64,000 nucleotides of DNA, taken from assembly GCF_003334335.1 (NCBI RefSeq), contig NZ_QOWQ01000021.1, one strand, 5' to 3'. The translations under genes and the position numbers were made by a program. This DNA comes from Escherichia coli. Its GTDB lineage: Bacteria > Pseudomonadota > Gammaproteobacteria > Enterobacterales > Enterobacteriaceae. Shown piece after piece: positions 15,162-28,433 of this stretch. Under the pieces are notes generated by a model. The model was given only the letters and a program-made list of their open reading frames with translations, was not told where the DNA came from and ran no database searches. Within the stretch, counting starts at the first letter, position 1; every line of letters begins with the position of its first letter.

Positions 15162-15308
15162 ATGAATAAAGCATTTGAACAATGGGTCCACCAGCGTTAC
15201 GGCAATCGCTATGACCTGACACGAGATGTTGACGGTTTCTACTGTCGTGAAATTGTGAAACGAATGTTTGAAGTGTGGTGCCACTGCCGTGGGCTGAGTG
15301 TTGTGTGA
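15162..15308 (+). CDS. Small Cys-containing protein (48 aa)
   Basis: Sequence MNKAFEQWVHQRYGNRYDLTRDVDGFYCREIVKRMFEVWCHCRGLSVV. It starts 3 nt after the previous stop. Confidence 0.45.
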   Translation: MNKAFEQWVHQRYGNRYDLTRDVDGFYCREIVKRMFEVWCHCRGLSVV

Positions 15309-15316
15309 GGTAATGC

Positions 15317-15553
15317 ATGGGCAATGTGATTCAACTGGCTCCCAATGAATGGGTTTGTGAAAGCGTTCTAATCGCAATTACCGGGCTCAAACCAGGCACA
15401 ATTCTTCGGGCCCGGAAAGAATGCTGGATGGTTGGAAGAGAGTATATTCACGTATCACCAGACGGTAATCCAAAGCCTTCCAGTGAATGTATGTATAACA
15501 GAAAAGCAATAGATGCCTGGGTCGCTTCAATGAAAAACAAACAACCTGGGTGA
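15317..15553 (+). CDS. xis: Excisionase (lambda Xis-like)
   Basis: RARKECWMVGREYIHVSPDG resembles lambda Xis VRECRIF...DGREYLFH. Lies immediately upstream of int. Confidence 0.7.
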   Translation: MGNVIQLAPNEWVCESVLIAITGLKPGTILRARKECWMVGREYIHVSPDGNPKPSSECMYNRKAIDAWVASMKNKQPG

Positions 15554-15608
15554 TTTAATGCCATGAAGTATGTAAGCTCGTATCGCTCTTGGGCGTCTGG
15601 AGGTATCA

Positions 15609-16922
15609 ATGGATAAAGTCAAATATCCAACAGGCGTCGAAAACCACGGCGGCACATTACGCATCTGGTTTAATTTTAAAGGTAAACGTGTCAGGGAAAA
15701 TCTTGGTGTCCCTGACACTGCCAAGAACAGGAAGATCGCCGGGGAACTGCGGACATCGGTATGTTTTGCCATCCGCACAGGAAGCTTTGATTATGCTGCA
15801 CAGTTCCCTGACTCCCCCAACCTTCAGGCTTTTGGGGTAAGTAAAAAAGAAATTACGGTGAAGGAACTTGAAGAAAAGTGGCTGGATCTGAAACGAATGG
15901 AAATCTCTGCAAATGCATTCAATCGCTATGAATCCGTTGCAAGAACGATGGTTTCGAAAATTGGAGGCAGTAGACTGGTGTCATCGGTAACCAAAGAGGA
16001 ATTGCTGTATATCAGGAAAGATTTGCTAACCGGGTATCAGAATTCAACGAAAAACAAAGCAGCAGCAAAAGGACGGAGCGTCGTTACTGTAAATTATTAC
16101 ATGACGACAATCGCTGGAATGTTTCAGTTTGCTGCAGATCACGGTTACTTAGAAGCAAATCCCTTCCAGGGAATTAAGCCTCTTAAAAGAGCCAGGGCAG
16201 AGCCAGATCCGCTAACTCGTGACGAATTTATTCGCCTGATAGATGCTTGCCGACATCAGCAGACGAAAAACCTGTGGTCATTGGCTGTGTACACAGGAAT
16301 GCGTCACGGTGAACTGGTCTCCCTGGCCTGGGAAGATATCGATCTGAAGGCAGGAACAATTACCATCAGGCGCAATTATACGAAACTTGGTGAGTTCACT
16401 CTACCGAAAACTGAAGCAAGCACAAACAGGGTTGTGCACCTTATCCAGCCCGCTATCAGTGTCCTGAAAAATCAGGCTGAAATGACAAGACTGGGTAAGC
16501 AGTACAACATCAAGGTGCAACTACGTGAATATGGACGTTCAGTGAACCATGAATGTACTTTCGTGTTTAACCCTCAAGTGGTTAGAAAAAGCGAACAGGT
16601 AGGTTTTGTCTACAAAGTCGATTCTGTAGGTGACTCATGGGAAACAGCCATTAAGCGTGCAGGGATCAGGCATCGAAAGGCATACCAGTCACGACACACT
16701 TATGCGTGCTGGTCATTATCTGCCGGAGCAAACCCAAGCTTCATTGCCAGCCAGATGGGCCATGCAAGTGCCCAGATGGTATTCAATGTATACGGAGCAT
16801 GGATGACTGACAGCAATGCAGAACAGATCGCAATGCTGAATCAGAAGCTGACAGATTATGTCCCAATGATGCCCCATAGTCACCAAAGTGACACCAGAGG
16901 CTTATTAAAATCAGTAAGTTAA
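15609..16922 (+). CDS. int: Tyrosine integrase (IntR/IntE-like, N-terminal arm-binding domain)
   Basis: 437 aa. N-terminus KYPTGVENHGGTLRIWFNFKGKRVRE. Catalytic residues R...HxxR...Y (RHGELVSL, SRHTYACW, VYGAW). Last phage gene before yecE. Confidence 0.9.
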   Translation: MDKVKYPTGVENHGGTLRIWFNFKGKRVRENLGVPDTAKNRKIAGELRTSVCFAIRTGSFDYAAQFPDSPNLQAFGVSKKEITVKELEEKWLDLKRMEISANAFNRYESVARTMVSKIGGSRLVSSVTKEELLYIRKDLLTGYQNSTKNKAAAKGRSVVTVNYYMTTIAGMFQFAADHGYLEANPFQGIKPLKRARAEPDPLTRDEFIRLIDACRHQQTKNLWSLAVYTGMRHGELVSLAWEDIDLKAGTITIRRNYTKLGEFTLPKTEASTNRVVHLIQPAISVLKNQAEMTRLGKQYNIKVQLREYGRSVNHECTFVFNPQVVRKSEQVGFVYKVDSVGDSWETAIKRAGIRHRKAYQSRHTYACWSLSAGANPSFIASQMGHASAQMVFNVYGAWMTDSNAEQIAMLNQKLTDYVPMMPHSHQSDTRGLLKSVS

Positions 16923-16948
16923 TCCTTAATACCCGTCATGTTAACTGC

Positions 16949-17674
16949 GTGGAGGGCAACACCACGCTTTACGCCCTGCCGAAACCCGAGGTTGTCCTGC
17001 GCTGGCGTGAACAGACCACAGATGACTTCCGCTTCTGTTTTAAGTTTCCGGCGACCATTTCGCATCAGGCAGCATTACGGCATTGCGATGATTTAGTGAC
17101 TGAATTTTTGACCCGCATGTCACCGTTGGCTCCGCGCATTGGGCAATACTGGCTGCAACTGCCTGCCACATTCGGCCCACGGGAGCTGCCTGCGCTTTGG
17201 CATTTTCTCGATTCTCTCCCTGGCGAATTTAATTATGGTGTGGAAGTCCGCCATCCACAGTTTTTCGCCAAAGGGGAAGAGGAACAAACGCTTAATCGCG
17301 GTTTACATCAGCGCGGCGTTAATCGGGTGATTTTAGACAGCCGCCCGGTTCATGCAGCATGTCCACACAGTGAAGCTATTCGCGACGCTCAACGAAAAAA
17401 ACCTAAAGTTCCGGTACATGCTGTACTGACGGAGACAAATCCGCTGATCCGTTTTATCGGTAGTGATGATATGACGCAAAACCGGGAATTATTTCAGGTC
17501 TGGTTACAGAAATTAGCGCAGTGGCATCAGACCACTACGCCTTATCTTTTTTTACATACGCCAGACATTGCCCTGGCCCCGGAACTGGTACATACCCTGT
17601 GGGAAGACTTACGTAAAACGCTTCCAGAGATCGGAGCAGTTCCGGCTATTCCACAGCAATCTTCTCTTTTCTGA
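16949..17674 (+). pseudogene. yecE: yecE (DUF72), 5'-truncated by the prophage insertion
   Basis: The ORF begins VEGNTTLYALPKPEVV, about residue 32 of K-12 YecE (272 aa, from memory). The upstream sequence is phage DNA. Confidence 0.85.
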
Positions 17675-17726
17675 ATTTGCCACCTATCATAGACAGGTGC
17701 CATCGGCCATTTTAAAGGGAGTTTGT

Positions 17727-19874
<2,148 letters not shown>

Positions 19875-19888
19875 AGGTCTGGTATTAC

Positions 19889-19987
19889 TGCCGGATGCGG
19901 CGTGAATGCCTTATCCGGCCTACAAACCCTTGCTAATTCAATCTATTGCAGGGACTATGTAGGCCTGATAAGCATAGCGCATCAGGC
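19889..19987. repeat. REP/BIME elements
   Basis: GCCGGATGCGGCGTGAATGCCTTATCCGGCCTAC and GTAGGCCTGATAAGCATAGCGCATCAGGC are typical E. coli REP units. Confidence 0.85.
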
Positions 19988-20038
19988 AGTTTTACGTTTG
20001 CATAACCTCAGCGCCCGTTTCCGGGCGCTATTCACTTC

Positions 20039-22468
20039 TTACGCCTGAACAGCAGGCTTATCAAATGCCGTTAACTTCGGTGCGTTACCCGTATATTTTT
20101 CGATATACACCAGCGCAGAGTTACCGGCACAGGCATTTGCCAGCTGCGAGCTGGGGATATCCGCCGTTAACACGTTCGCACTGCCGTTTTTACATAAGCC
20201 ATTTTCCAGATCTGGCCATGCACCTTCATGCACGCATACCACGCCTTTTTTGATCCCGTCAGTCACCACCGCGCCTGTCAAAATCTGACCACGTTTGTTC
20301 CAGACACGCACCAGATCGCCATTCGCAATACCAAATCGAGCAGCATCTTCGGTGTGAATAGTGATCGGTTCACGATCGGCAACCGCATATTTTTTACGCA
20401 GTTCCGCATAGTTAAGCTGACTGTGTAAACGGTGTGCCGGATGTGCGGTCAGAAGCTGCAACTGCTTCTCGTCGGCGGTACCCTTCCACTCATCAGGCGC
20501 AAGCCAGGTTGGGTGTGCCGGGCAATCCTTATAGCCAAATTTTTCCAACGTTTTGGAGTAAATCTCAATTTTGCCACTTGGCGTACCCAGCGCATTTTTC
20601 ACCGGATCGGCGCGGAAATCACCATAACGAACGTACTGTTCGTTCTTCTCGCTGCGGCGCATTTCGATCAGTTTATTTTGCTGCCAGAAGACATTAAACA
20701 TTGGCATAATGACGCGTTGCGCACGGGCCCCTTTCTGAGCGGCATCATAGAAAAATTTCAGCCACGCCATTTCATCTTTACCTTCGGTATAGATCTCTTT
20801 TCCGCCAGGTTTGAGTAATTCCGCAAGATCGGCAAACACATCAAAATCGTTTCGCGCTTCAAATTGCGGAGCAACAGCCTGCTTCATCGGCACAATATGC
20901 TGGTTGCTGTAATCACCGGTCATCGTCAAGTCATTGCGCTCAAACGATGTGGTGATCGGTAATACGATATCTGCATGTTTAGCAGCTGCGGTCCAGTAGC
21001 ATTCAGAAACGACGATCATCTCCGGTTTCTGCCATGCTTTAATCAGACGATTAGTATCCTGGTGATGGGTAAAGTTACCGCCACCCGCCCACCAGATCAT
21101 TTTGATATTCGGATACGTTTGCTCTTTACCGTTATGCTGATATTTGCCGCCAGGATTTTCCAGCGCATCGACGATACGGGCAACAGGAATCGCCCTCATT
21201 CCGCCATCATCAGCGGCCTCGCTGGCCTGTCCGGCAATCGCCGCAGACATTTCCGGCAGCACGCCGCCAACACGTGTCGGGTTGCCACCATTTGAGTAAT
21301 GATAAGAGAAACCAAAACCGCCGCCCGGTGTACCAATCTGCCCTAACATCGCCGCCAGCGTCACCAGCATCCAGTGTTTCTGTTCACCATATTGCTGGCG
21401 CTGAATTCCCCAGCCTGCCATCAGCATTGTGCGATTCGCCGCCATCAGTTCAGCGAGTTTGACTATCTGCGCTTCCGGTACGCCAGTAATTTCCGCCGCC
21501 CAGGCCGCGCTCTTCGGCGTATTATCGCTCTTACCTCTCAGATACTCTTCAAACTGCGGATACCCGGTAGTGTATTTTTCAAGGAACACTTTATCGTGTT
21601 TGCCTTGTGTCATCAGGGTATGCGCAATCCCTAACATCAGTGCCACGTCGGTGCCCATATTCGGCGCGATCCAGGTGGCATTATCGCCAAAGAAGTCGAT
21701 GGTTTCGGAGCGGATAGGATCAATGGCAATCACTGGTTTGCCAGATTTTTTCAGCTGATGGAAGTATTCCAGCCCTTGCTCATCGGTACTGCTCCAGGCA
21801 ATTTTTAAGGTATTCAGCGGGTTCATCCCCCACAGCACCACAACCTGGCTGTTTTCCAGAATCAGCGGCCAGGAGGTCTGCTGTTCATACACCTCTACAG
21901 AACCGACCACATGCGGCATGATCACCTGTGCCGCCCCGGTTGAATAATCGCCGCTATGCCCGGAATAACCGCCCGCCAGGTTCATATAACGTTGCAGTAA
22001 GGTTTGCGCTTTATGCAACACGCCAGAAGAGCGCCAGCCGTATGATCCGGCAAAAATAGCCGATGGTCCGTTAGCTTTGCGAATGCGATCGTGTTGCTCA
22101 TGAATCAGTTTTAATGCTTGTTCCCAGCTCACCTGTACATAGGTATCTTCGCCACGACCTTTCGTCGGTTGCAGTGGATTATCGAGATAGCTTTTTCTCA
22201 CCATCGGATGCTGAATACGCGTCGTGGTGTGTACCTGATCCGCCGCCGTAGACTGTAAGGAATTCGGTATGGTTTTCGCCAGCGCGCCTGTTGAAGAAAC
22301 AATCTTGCCGTCCTTCACTTCTACGTTCATCGCTCCCCAACGTCCCGCGGTGAGGATTTTACCGCCCTTCTCTTCTGCCCATGCGGGGAGCGGTGCTGCC
22401 GATGTCACCACCAGCGCTCCAGCGGCAATACCGCTGTGTTTAATAAATTCACGTCTTGTTAATGTCAT
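20039..22468 (-). CDS. torZ: TMAO/biotin sulfoxide reductase catalytic subunit TorZ (BisZ)
   Basis: 809 aa from [21 protein letters not shown] (Tat signal); molybdopterin oxidoreductase; synteny. Confidence 0.95.
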   Translation of the reverse strand: MTLTRREFIKHSGIAAGALVVTSAAPLPAWAEEKGGKILTAGRWGAMNVEVKDGKIVSSTGALAKTIPNSLQSTAADQVHTTTRIQHPMVRKSYLDNPLQPTKGRGEDTYVQVSWEQALKLIHEQHDRIRKANGPSAIFAGSYGWRSSGVLHKAQTLLQRYMNLAGGYSGHSGDYSTGAAQVIMPHVVGSVEVYEQQTSWPLILENSQVVVLWGMNPLNTLKIAWSSTDEQGLEYFHQLKKSGKPVIAIDPIRSETIDFFGDNATWIAPNMGTDVALMLGIAHTLMTQGKHDKVFLEKYTTGYPQFEEYLRGKSDNTPKSAAWAAEITGVPEAQIVKLAELMAANRTMLMAGWGIQRQQYGEQKHWMLVTLAAMLGQIGTPGGGFGFSYHYSNGGNPTRVGGVLPEMSAAIAGQASEAADDGGMRAIPVARIVDALENPGGKYQHNGKEQTYPNIKMIWWAGGGNFTHHQDTNRLIKAWQKPEMIVVSECYWTAAAKHADIVLPITTSFERNDLTMTGDYSNQHIVPMKQAVAPQFEARNDFDVFADLAELLKPGGKEIYTEGKDEMAWLKFFYDAAQKGARAQRVIMPMFNVFWQQNKLIEMRRSEKNEQYVRYGDFRADPVKNALGTPSGKIEIYSKTLEKFGYKDCPAHPTWLAPDEWKGTADEKQLQLLTAHPAHRLHSQLNYAELRKKYAVADREPITIHTEDAARFGIANGDLVRVWNKRGQILTGAVVTDGIKKGVVCVHEGAWPDLENGLCKNGSANVLTADIPSSQLANACAGNSALVYIEKYTGNAPKLTAFDKPAVQA

Positions 22469-22492
22469 AACTTCCTCCCTGATCAACGAGGA

Positions 22493-23593
22493 TCACTGTT
22501 TCTCGGTAATATCTTTGGCGTTGTACTGGAAATACCGCGTTAAAATGTCCAGTTCGTTTTCGCTCATGCTGGTTCGTGCCCCCATTCCTTTGGCAATGGA
22601 CGGCCACGCATTGACGGTGTAATGGTCGGCGGCAATAGGGGCATGACAACCAGCGCAATAGGTATCGTCAAGTTTTTCAGCGTATTGCCATAGCGGTTTA
22701 CGGTCCGCTAATGCGGGGACGGTAAGCGCACCCTGTAAAGACGCCTGACGCCATTGATTGCCGTATTCGTCAGCCTGCCATTCCCCGTTTACCGTGAGCG
22801 CCTTGATACCTTCTTCACTTAATGTGGCTAGCGCCAGCCGTTGACCTGCCGCCAGGTAGAGCGTGTTTTCACTGCCCTGCATTTGATAACCCTGCAACAG
22901 AACGATCGGCTGTTTGCCACTGGCATCAACGACGGTGAGATCGGTACCAGGATTCACGGTAGCCAGCTCGCCTATGCGAGAAGTTTTGAAAGGATAAATA
23001 TGTGCGCCATTAGTCACTGAAGTAGCGGCCTGACTTTCCAGCTCATGCGCCGCGTTGTCATCCATTTTTATTTCTGGCGGAAAATGGGCAATGCCTTTAT
23101 GACAATCGATACAGGTTTCGCCGCCCTTTTGTGCTTTGTTATGCATTTTCTGCGCAGATTCACTTTGCGAGGCAATATCCATGGCATCAAAAGAATGGCA
23201 ACTACGGCACGTTGCAGAGTCAGTTGCTTTTAATTCTTTCCATACTGTTTCGGCCATTTCCTGGCGATGAGTTTCGAACTTATCGTCACTGTCTATTTTG
23301 CCGCTAACAAATTCATGATAAATATCTTTAGATGCTTTTAATTTAGCAAATAAATAATCCATCCCTGACTTTGGAATATGGCAATCTGCACATTCCGCAC
23401 GTATCCCTTTCTGGTTCGAAAAGTGGACAGTTCCCTGATATACCTCAAAAGGTTTACTCATCGAGTGGCAGGAAAGGCAAAATGCTGTATCCGACGTTTT
23501 ATGTAAGGCTTTTTGCGCCAGCAATAACCCGCCGCCACCAACCACAACCGCTATCAGCAAAAACAATAACCCAATGCGTTTTTTCCCTCGCAT
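22493..23593 (-). CDS. torY: Pentahaem c-type cytochrome TorY
   Basis: 366 aa; multiple CxxCH motifs (CLSCH, CADCH, CRSCH, CIDCH, CAGCH). Confidence 0.95.
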   Translation of the reverse strand: MRGKKRIGLLFLLIAVVVGGGGLLLAQKALHKTSDTAFCLSCHSMSKPFEVYQGTVHFSNQKGIRAECADCHIPKSGMDYLFAKLKASKDIYHEFVSGKIDSDDKFETHRQEMAETVWKELKATDSATCRSCHSFDAMDIASQSESAQKMHNKAQKGGETCIDCHKGIAHFPPEIKMDDNAAHELESQAATSVTNGAHIYPFKTSRIGELATVNPGTDLTVVDASGKQPIVLLQGYQMQGSENTLYLAAGQRLALATLSEEGIKALTVNGEWQADEYGNQWRQASLQGALTVPALADRKPLWQYAEKLDDTYCAGCHAPIAADHYTVNAWPSIAKGMGARTSMSENELDILTRYFQYNAKDITEKQ

Positions 23594-23980
23594 AGATTCC
23601 TCTAAATAAATTCCAGAACACCGAAATCATTGTATAATTAAATACACAACGAATTAACCGCTTGCATAACTCGGCACAACACTGCCTGAAATAATCGATA
23701 AAGAATATGATTTATTACAATGTAATCATTAATTGCTAAGGAATAACCCAGTTGCTATTTAGAATATATATTTATCAGTTTTAGCAATTTAAATCCCATA
23801 ATCAATGTGAATATAAAAAATATTATTAGCACAACGCTATGTTCACTGTCACCCGCTCAACAGATCACGGTTATCGTTCGTTTTTTATACTGCTCAGGGA
23901 TAAAAAAAGGCCCCTGTTGAAATTGCAGGGGCCTGGTACGAGCAAGCATCATATTGGGCGACATGATGCAACGGTAAAAA

Positions 23981-24736
<756 letters not shown>

Positions 24737-24740
24737 TTAA

Positions 24741-25307
24741 TTACGCTGACTGCTCGCTGGCAACGATCTCTTCAATGGACCACGGATGAAACTTAATAGT
24801 TGTTTTGCCATCGGTGACCGCCAGCGTCGGATTCGGTAATCGCTCATGCTCACCTTTTGGTGAACTGGTTTTAACTGAGATCCCCGGTAGGCTGAGTCCT
24901 TCATCAGAAAGCAATGCCAGCGCACGGGCATTCAGCGTTTCTGGATCACCCGGCAGAACGATTTCAATATGTTCCCAACCTTCGTGTGGGTAACGTTTTT
25001 CCCCGGGCCACGGTAGCTCCACAATAGAAAACTGCCAGTGCGCAACCTGTACCGGTTCATGCAATTTAAACAGACAAATCGGTCTGCCATTGATCATATT
25101 TTCTGACAAAAGCTCGCCACACTGTTCAAACCCGCGACGCCAGCGTTCAGCAGTGGCGTTTTGATGGCAACGCAAAGAAATGTGATCGGCAGTCAGCGGA
25201 GTGATATTCAACCCCAGACGGAGGGAAAGTTCATCTAATGCGTGGGTAAATCGCGGTAAATCCGATGCAATATCCTGCAGCTCGTCGATAGATTGCCAGT
25301 TCGCCAT
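24741..25307 (-). CDS. yecM: YecM (glyoxalase-fold protein)
   Basis: 188 aa from MANWQSIDELQDIASDLPRF. Confidence 0.9.
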   Translation of the reverse strand: MANWQSIDELQDIASDLPRFTHALDELSLRLGLNITPLTADHISLRCHQNATAERWRRGFEQCGELLSENMINGRPICLFKLHEPVQVAHWQFSIVELPWPGEKRYPHEGWEHIEIVLPGDPETLNARALALLSDEGLSLPGISVKTSSPKGEHERLPNPTLAVTDGKTTIKFHPWSIEEIVASEQSA

Positions 25308-25522
25308 AATCACTCTTCGTCTTTCAGTAAAAGCGTTAATTTACCCTGTTGCCCTGCGCCAACCAACCGCTGATTTCACGCCGCTTCTGATGCAATAGTG
25401 AAAACGGCAATACGCCACGCGCACGTTGCTGACGAAAACAGCCATTTGCAGTATACTCCCGCCCTAATTTCTTTAACTGGTGCGGGCAATTTTTGCTCGC
25501 TTCATCAATGTAAGGTATTCCG

Positions 25523-27256
25523 GTGAATATTCAGGCTCTTCTCTCAGAAAAAGTCCGTCAGGCCATGATTGCGGCAGGCGCGCCTGCGGATTGCGAACCG
25601 CAGGTTCGTCAGTCAGCAAAAGTTCAGTTCGGCGACTATCAGGCTAACGGCATGATGGCAGTTGCTAAAAAACTGGGTATGGCACCGCGACAATTAGCAG
25701 AGCAGGTGCTGACTCATCTGGATCTTAACGGTATCGCCAGCAAAGTTGAGATCGCCGGTCCAGGCTTTATCAACATTTTCCTTGATCCGGCATTCCTGGC
25801 TGAACATGTTCAGCAGGCGCTGGCGTCCGATCGTCTCGGTGTTTCTACGCCAGAAAAACAGACCATTGTGGTTGACTACTCTGCGCCAAACGTGGCGAAA
25901 GAGATGCATGTCGGTCACCTGCGCTCTACCATTATTGGTGACGCAGCAGTGCGTACTCTGGAGTTCCTCGGTCACAAAGTGATTCGCGCAAACCACGTCG
26001 GCGACTGGGGCACTCAGTTCGGTATGCTGATTGCATGGCTGGAAAAGCAGCAGCAGGAAAACGCCGGTGAAATGGAGCTGGCTGACCTTGAAGGTTTCTA
26101 CCGCGATGCGAAAAAGCATTACGACGAAGATGAAGAGTTTGCCGAGCGTGCACGTAACTACGTGGTAAAACTGCAAAGCGGTGACGAATATTTCCGCGAG
26201 ATGTGGCGCAAACTGGTCGACATCACCATGACGCAGAACCAGATCACCTACGATCGTCTCAACGTGACGCTGACCCGTGATGACGTGATGGGCGAAAGCC
26301 TCTACAACCCAATGCTGCCAGGAATTGTGGCGGATCTCAAAGCCAAAGGTCTGGCAGTAGAAAGCGAAGGGGCGACCGTCGTATTCCTTGATGAGTTTAA
26401 AAACAAGGAAGGCGAACCGATGGGCGTGATCATTCAGAAGAAAGATGGCGGCTATCTCTACACCACCACTGATATCGCCTGTGCGAAATATCGTTATGAA
26501 ACACTGCATGCCGATCGCGTGCTGTATTACATCGACTCCCGTCAGCATCAACACCTGATGCAGGCATGGGCGATCGTCCGTAAAGCAGGCTATGTACCGG
26601 AATCCGTACCGCTGGAACACCACATGTTCGGCATGATGCTGGGTAAAGACGGCAAACCGTTCAAAACCCGCGCGGGTGGTACAGTGAAACTGGCCGATCT
26701 GCTGGATGAAGCCCTGGAACGTGCACGCCGTCTGGTGGCAGAAAAGAACCCGGATATGCCAGCTGACGAGCTGGAAAAACTGGCTAACGCGGTTGGTATT
26801 GGTGCGGTGAAATATGCGGATCTCTCCAAAAACCGCACCACGGACTACATCTTCGACTGGGACAACATGCTGGCGTTTGAGGGTAATACCGCGCCATACA
26901 TGCAGTATGCTTACACGCGTGTATTGTCCGTGTTCCGTAAGGCAGAAATTAACGAAGAGCAACTGGCTGCAGCTCCGGTAATCATCCGTGAAGATCGTGA
27001 AGCGCAACTGGCAGCTCGCCTGCTGCAGTTTGAAGAAACCCTCACCGTGGTTGCCCGTGAAGGCACGCCGCATGTGATGTGTGCTTACCTGTACGATCTG
27101 GCTGGTCTGTTCTCTGGCTTCTACGAGCACTGCCCGATCCTCAGCGCAGAAAACGAAGAAGTGCGTAACAGCCGTCTGAAACTGGCACAACTGACAGCGA
27201 AGACGCTAAAGCTGGGTCTGGATACGCTGGGTATTGAGACAGTAGAGCGTATGTAA
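25523..27256 (+). CDS. argS: Arginine-tRNA ligase
   Basis: 577 aa, GTG start, [21 protein letters not shown]; HVGH motif. Confidence 0.97.
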   Translation: MNIQALLSEKVRQAMIAAGAPADCEPQVRQSAKVQFGDYQANGMMAVAKKLGMAPRQLAEQVLTHLDLNGIASKVEIAGPGFINIFLDPAFLAEHVQQALASDRLGVSTPEKQTIVVDYSAPNVAKEMHVGHLRSTIIGDAAVRTLEFLGHKVIRANHVGDWGTQFGMLIAWLEKQQQENAGEMELADLEGFYRDAKKHYDEDEEFAERARNYVVKLQSGDEYFREMWRKLVDITMTQNQITYDRLNVTLTRDDVMGESLYNPMLPGIVADLKAKGLAVESEGATVVFLDEFKNKEGEPMGVIIQKKDGGYLYTTTDIACAKYRYETLHADRVLYYIDSRQHQHLMQAWAIVRKAGYVPESVPLEHHMFGMMLGKDGKPFKTRAGGTVKLADLLDEALERARRLVAEKNPDMPADELEKLANAVGIGAVKYADLSKNRTTDYIFDWDNMLAFEGNTAPYMQYAYTRVLSVFRKAEINEEQLAAAPVIIREDREAQLAARLLQFEETLTVVAREGTPHVMCAYLYDLAGLFSGFYEHCPILSAENEEVRNSRLKLAQLTAKTLKLGLDTLGIETVERM

Positions 27257-27275
27257 TCGATTTTTCGTGAGAGTA

Positions 27276-27310
27276 AAGCCTGATCAGGGTTACCTGATCA
27301 GGCTTTTTTA
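27276..27310 (+). terminator. argS rho-independent terminator
   Basis: AAGCCTGATCAGG/CCTGATCAGGCTT stem followed by a T-run. Confidence 0.8.
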
Positions 27311-27411
27311 TTGCCATCTAAATGTATTCTGAAAATGGACATGCCATTGTTTTCTGACTGTTGGATAAGAGGCCAGAAGCGTAATATCCGGCCCCAGGGA
27401 AACGATAACGG

Positions 27412-27921
27412 TTGAATTTAAGGAATACCGCAGTGTTTAAATTTCTTGTATTAACATTAGGCATTATCTCTTGCCAGGCTTACGCAGAAGATACGGTTAT
27501 AGTAAACGACCATGACATTTCAGCCATCAAAGATTGTTGGCAAAAAAATTCAGATGATGATACTGACATTAACGTGATCAAATCATGCCTGCGACAAGAA
27601 TACAATCTCGTCGATGCGCAATTAAATAAAGCCTATGGTGAAGCTTATCGTTATATAGAACAAGTGCCACGCACAGGTGTAAAAAAACCTGATACCGAAC
27701 AACTTAACTTGCTTAAAAAATCACAGCGAGCCTGGCTGGATTTTAGGGACAAAGAATGTGAATTAATCCTTTCAAATGAGGACGTTCAGGATTTAAGTGA
27801 CCCTTATTCTGAATCAGAATGGCTCTCATGTATGATCATACAGACCAATACGCGAACTCGCCAGTTGCAGCTATACCATAACTCTGAAGATTTTTATCCA
27901 AGCCCTTTGACAAGAGGATAA
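27412..27921 (+). CDS. yecT: Periplasmic DUF1311 (LprI-like) protein YecT
   Basis: 169 aa with signal peptide; K-12 synteny. Confidence 0.85.
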   Translation: MNLRNTAVFKFLVLTLGIISCQAYAEDTVIVNDHDISAIKDCWQKNSDDDTDINVIKSCLRQEYNLVDAQLNKAYGEAYRYIEQVPRTGVKKPDTEQLNLLKKSQRAWLDFRDKECELILSNEDVQDLSDPYSESEWLSCMIIQTNTRTRQLQLYHNSEDFYPSPLTRG

Positions 27922-28040
27922 TTCACATCTTTTTGGCATGTTTTGTTGCAAGCTATTCCTGATAAATAATTGCAACAAGACATCGAGCCTTTTTCACTGA
28001 GTTATTAAACATACTCGCGAGCGCGTAATTTTTTTGTCCT

Positions 28041-28433
28041 TCAGCGATAATTCACAATCACTTCATTACGTTGTACCTTTAGCGGTGGAATTAACCGCCC
28101 ACCGCCTGGCACTTCCCAGATAAATCGCAACGGTTCTGCTGCCGCTATACCGGAAAAGGCCACGGTGGTTCCGCTCTGCCCCTCTAATTCGACACAACGA
28201 GATTGCGAACACAAGCGAACCCGCAGTCCTGAAGGTGTCGGGCCGATAAGCTGATAACGCCACGCTACCAGCGTCATCAATCCTGAAGCAGGTTGTCGCG
28301 TAGAAAGAGGCGCAGACGACATCGACTCACCGCGATGATTTAGCGTAATTCCTACACTACTTGCCTGCCACATCCCCTCCCCGGCGGCTTGCACCAGCAG
28401 CGGAAACAATAATATTGCTAATAAGGTTCTCAT
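28041..28433 (-). CDS. flhE: Flagellar protein FlhE
   Basis: 130 aa, MRTLLAILLFPLLVQAAGEGMWQ. Confidence 0.95.
   Translation of the reverse strand: MRTLLAILLFPLLVQAAGEGMWQASSVGITLNHRGESMSSAPLSTRQPASGLMTLVAWRYQLIGPTPSGLRVRLCSQSRCVELEGQSGTTVAFSGIAAAEPLRFIWEVPGGGRLIPPLKVQRNEVIVNYR

Larger units (their letters stand above)
1..16945. mobile_element. Lambdoid prophage (Stx-phage-like architecture, no stx genes) inserted in yecE; its left part lies outside the window
   Basis: Contiguous phage modules: nanS-p, phage tRNAs, Q antiterminator, helicase/primase, cro/cI-like switch, early-left operon, xis, int. The int stop is followed within about 25 nt by a 5'-truncated yecE. Confidence 0.9.

Noticed and set aside
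19889-19987. Clustered palindromic repeats (also at 31783-31845) checked as a possible CRISPR-like array
   Set aside because: The sequences are classical REP/BIME units with no regular repeat-spacer periodicity and no cas genes.
25694-27190. 498-aa ORF on the minus strand
   Set aside because: It is entirely antisense to argS, which is unambiguous, and the translated sequence is compositionally odd (His/Phe/Cys/Val-rich). It is a typical shadow ORF.
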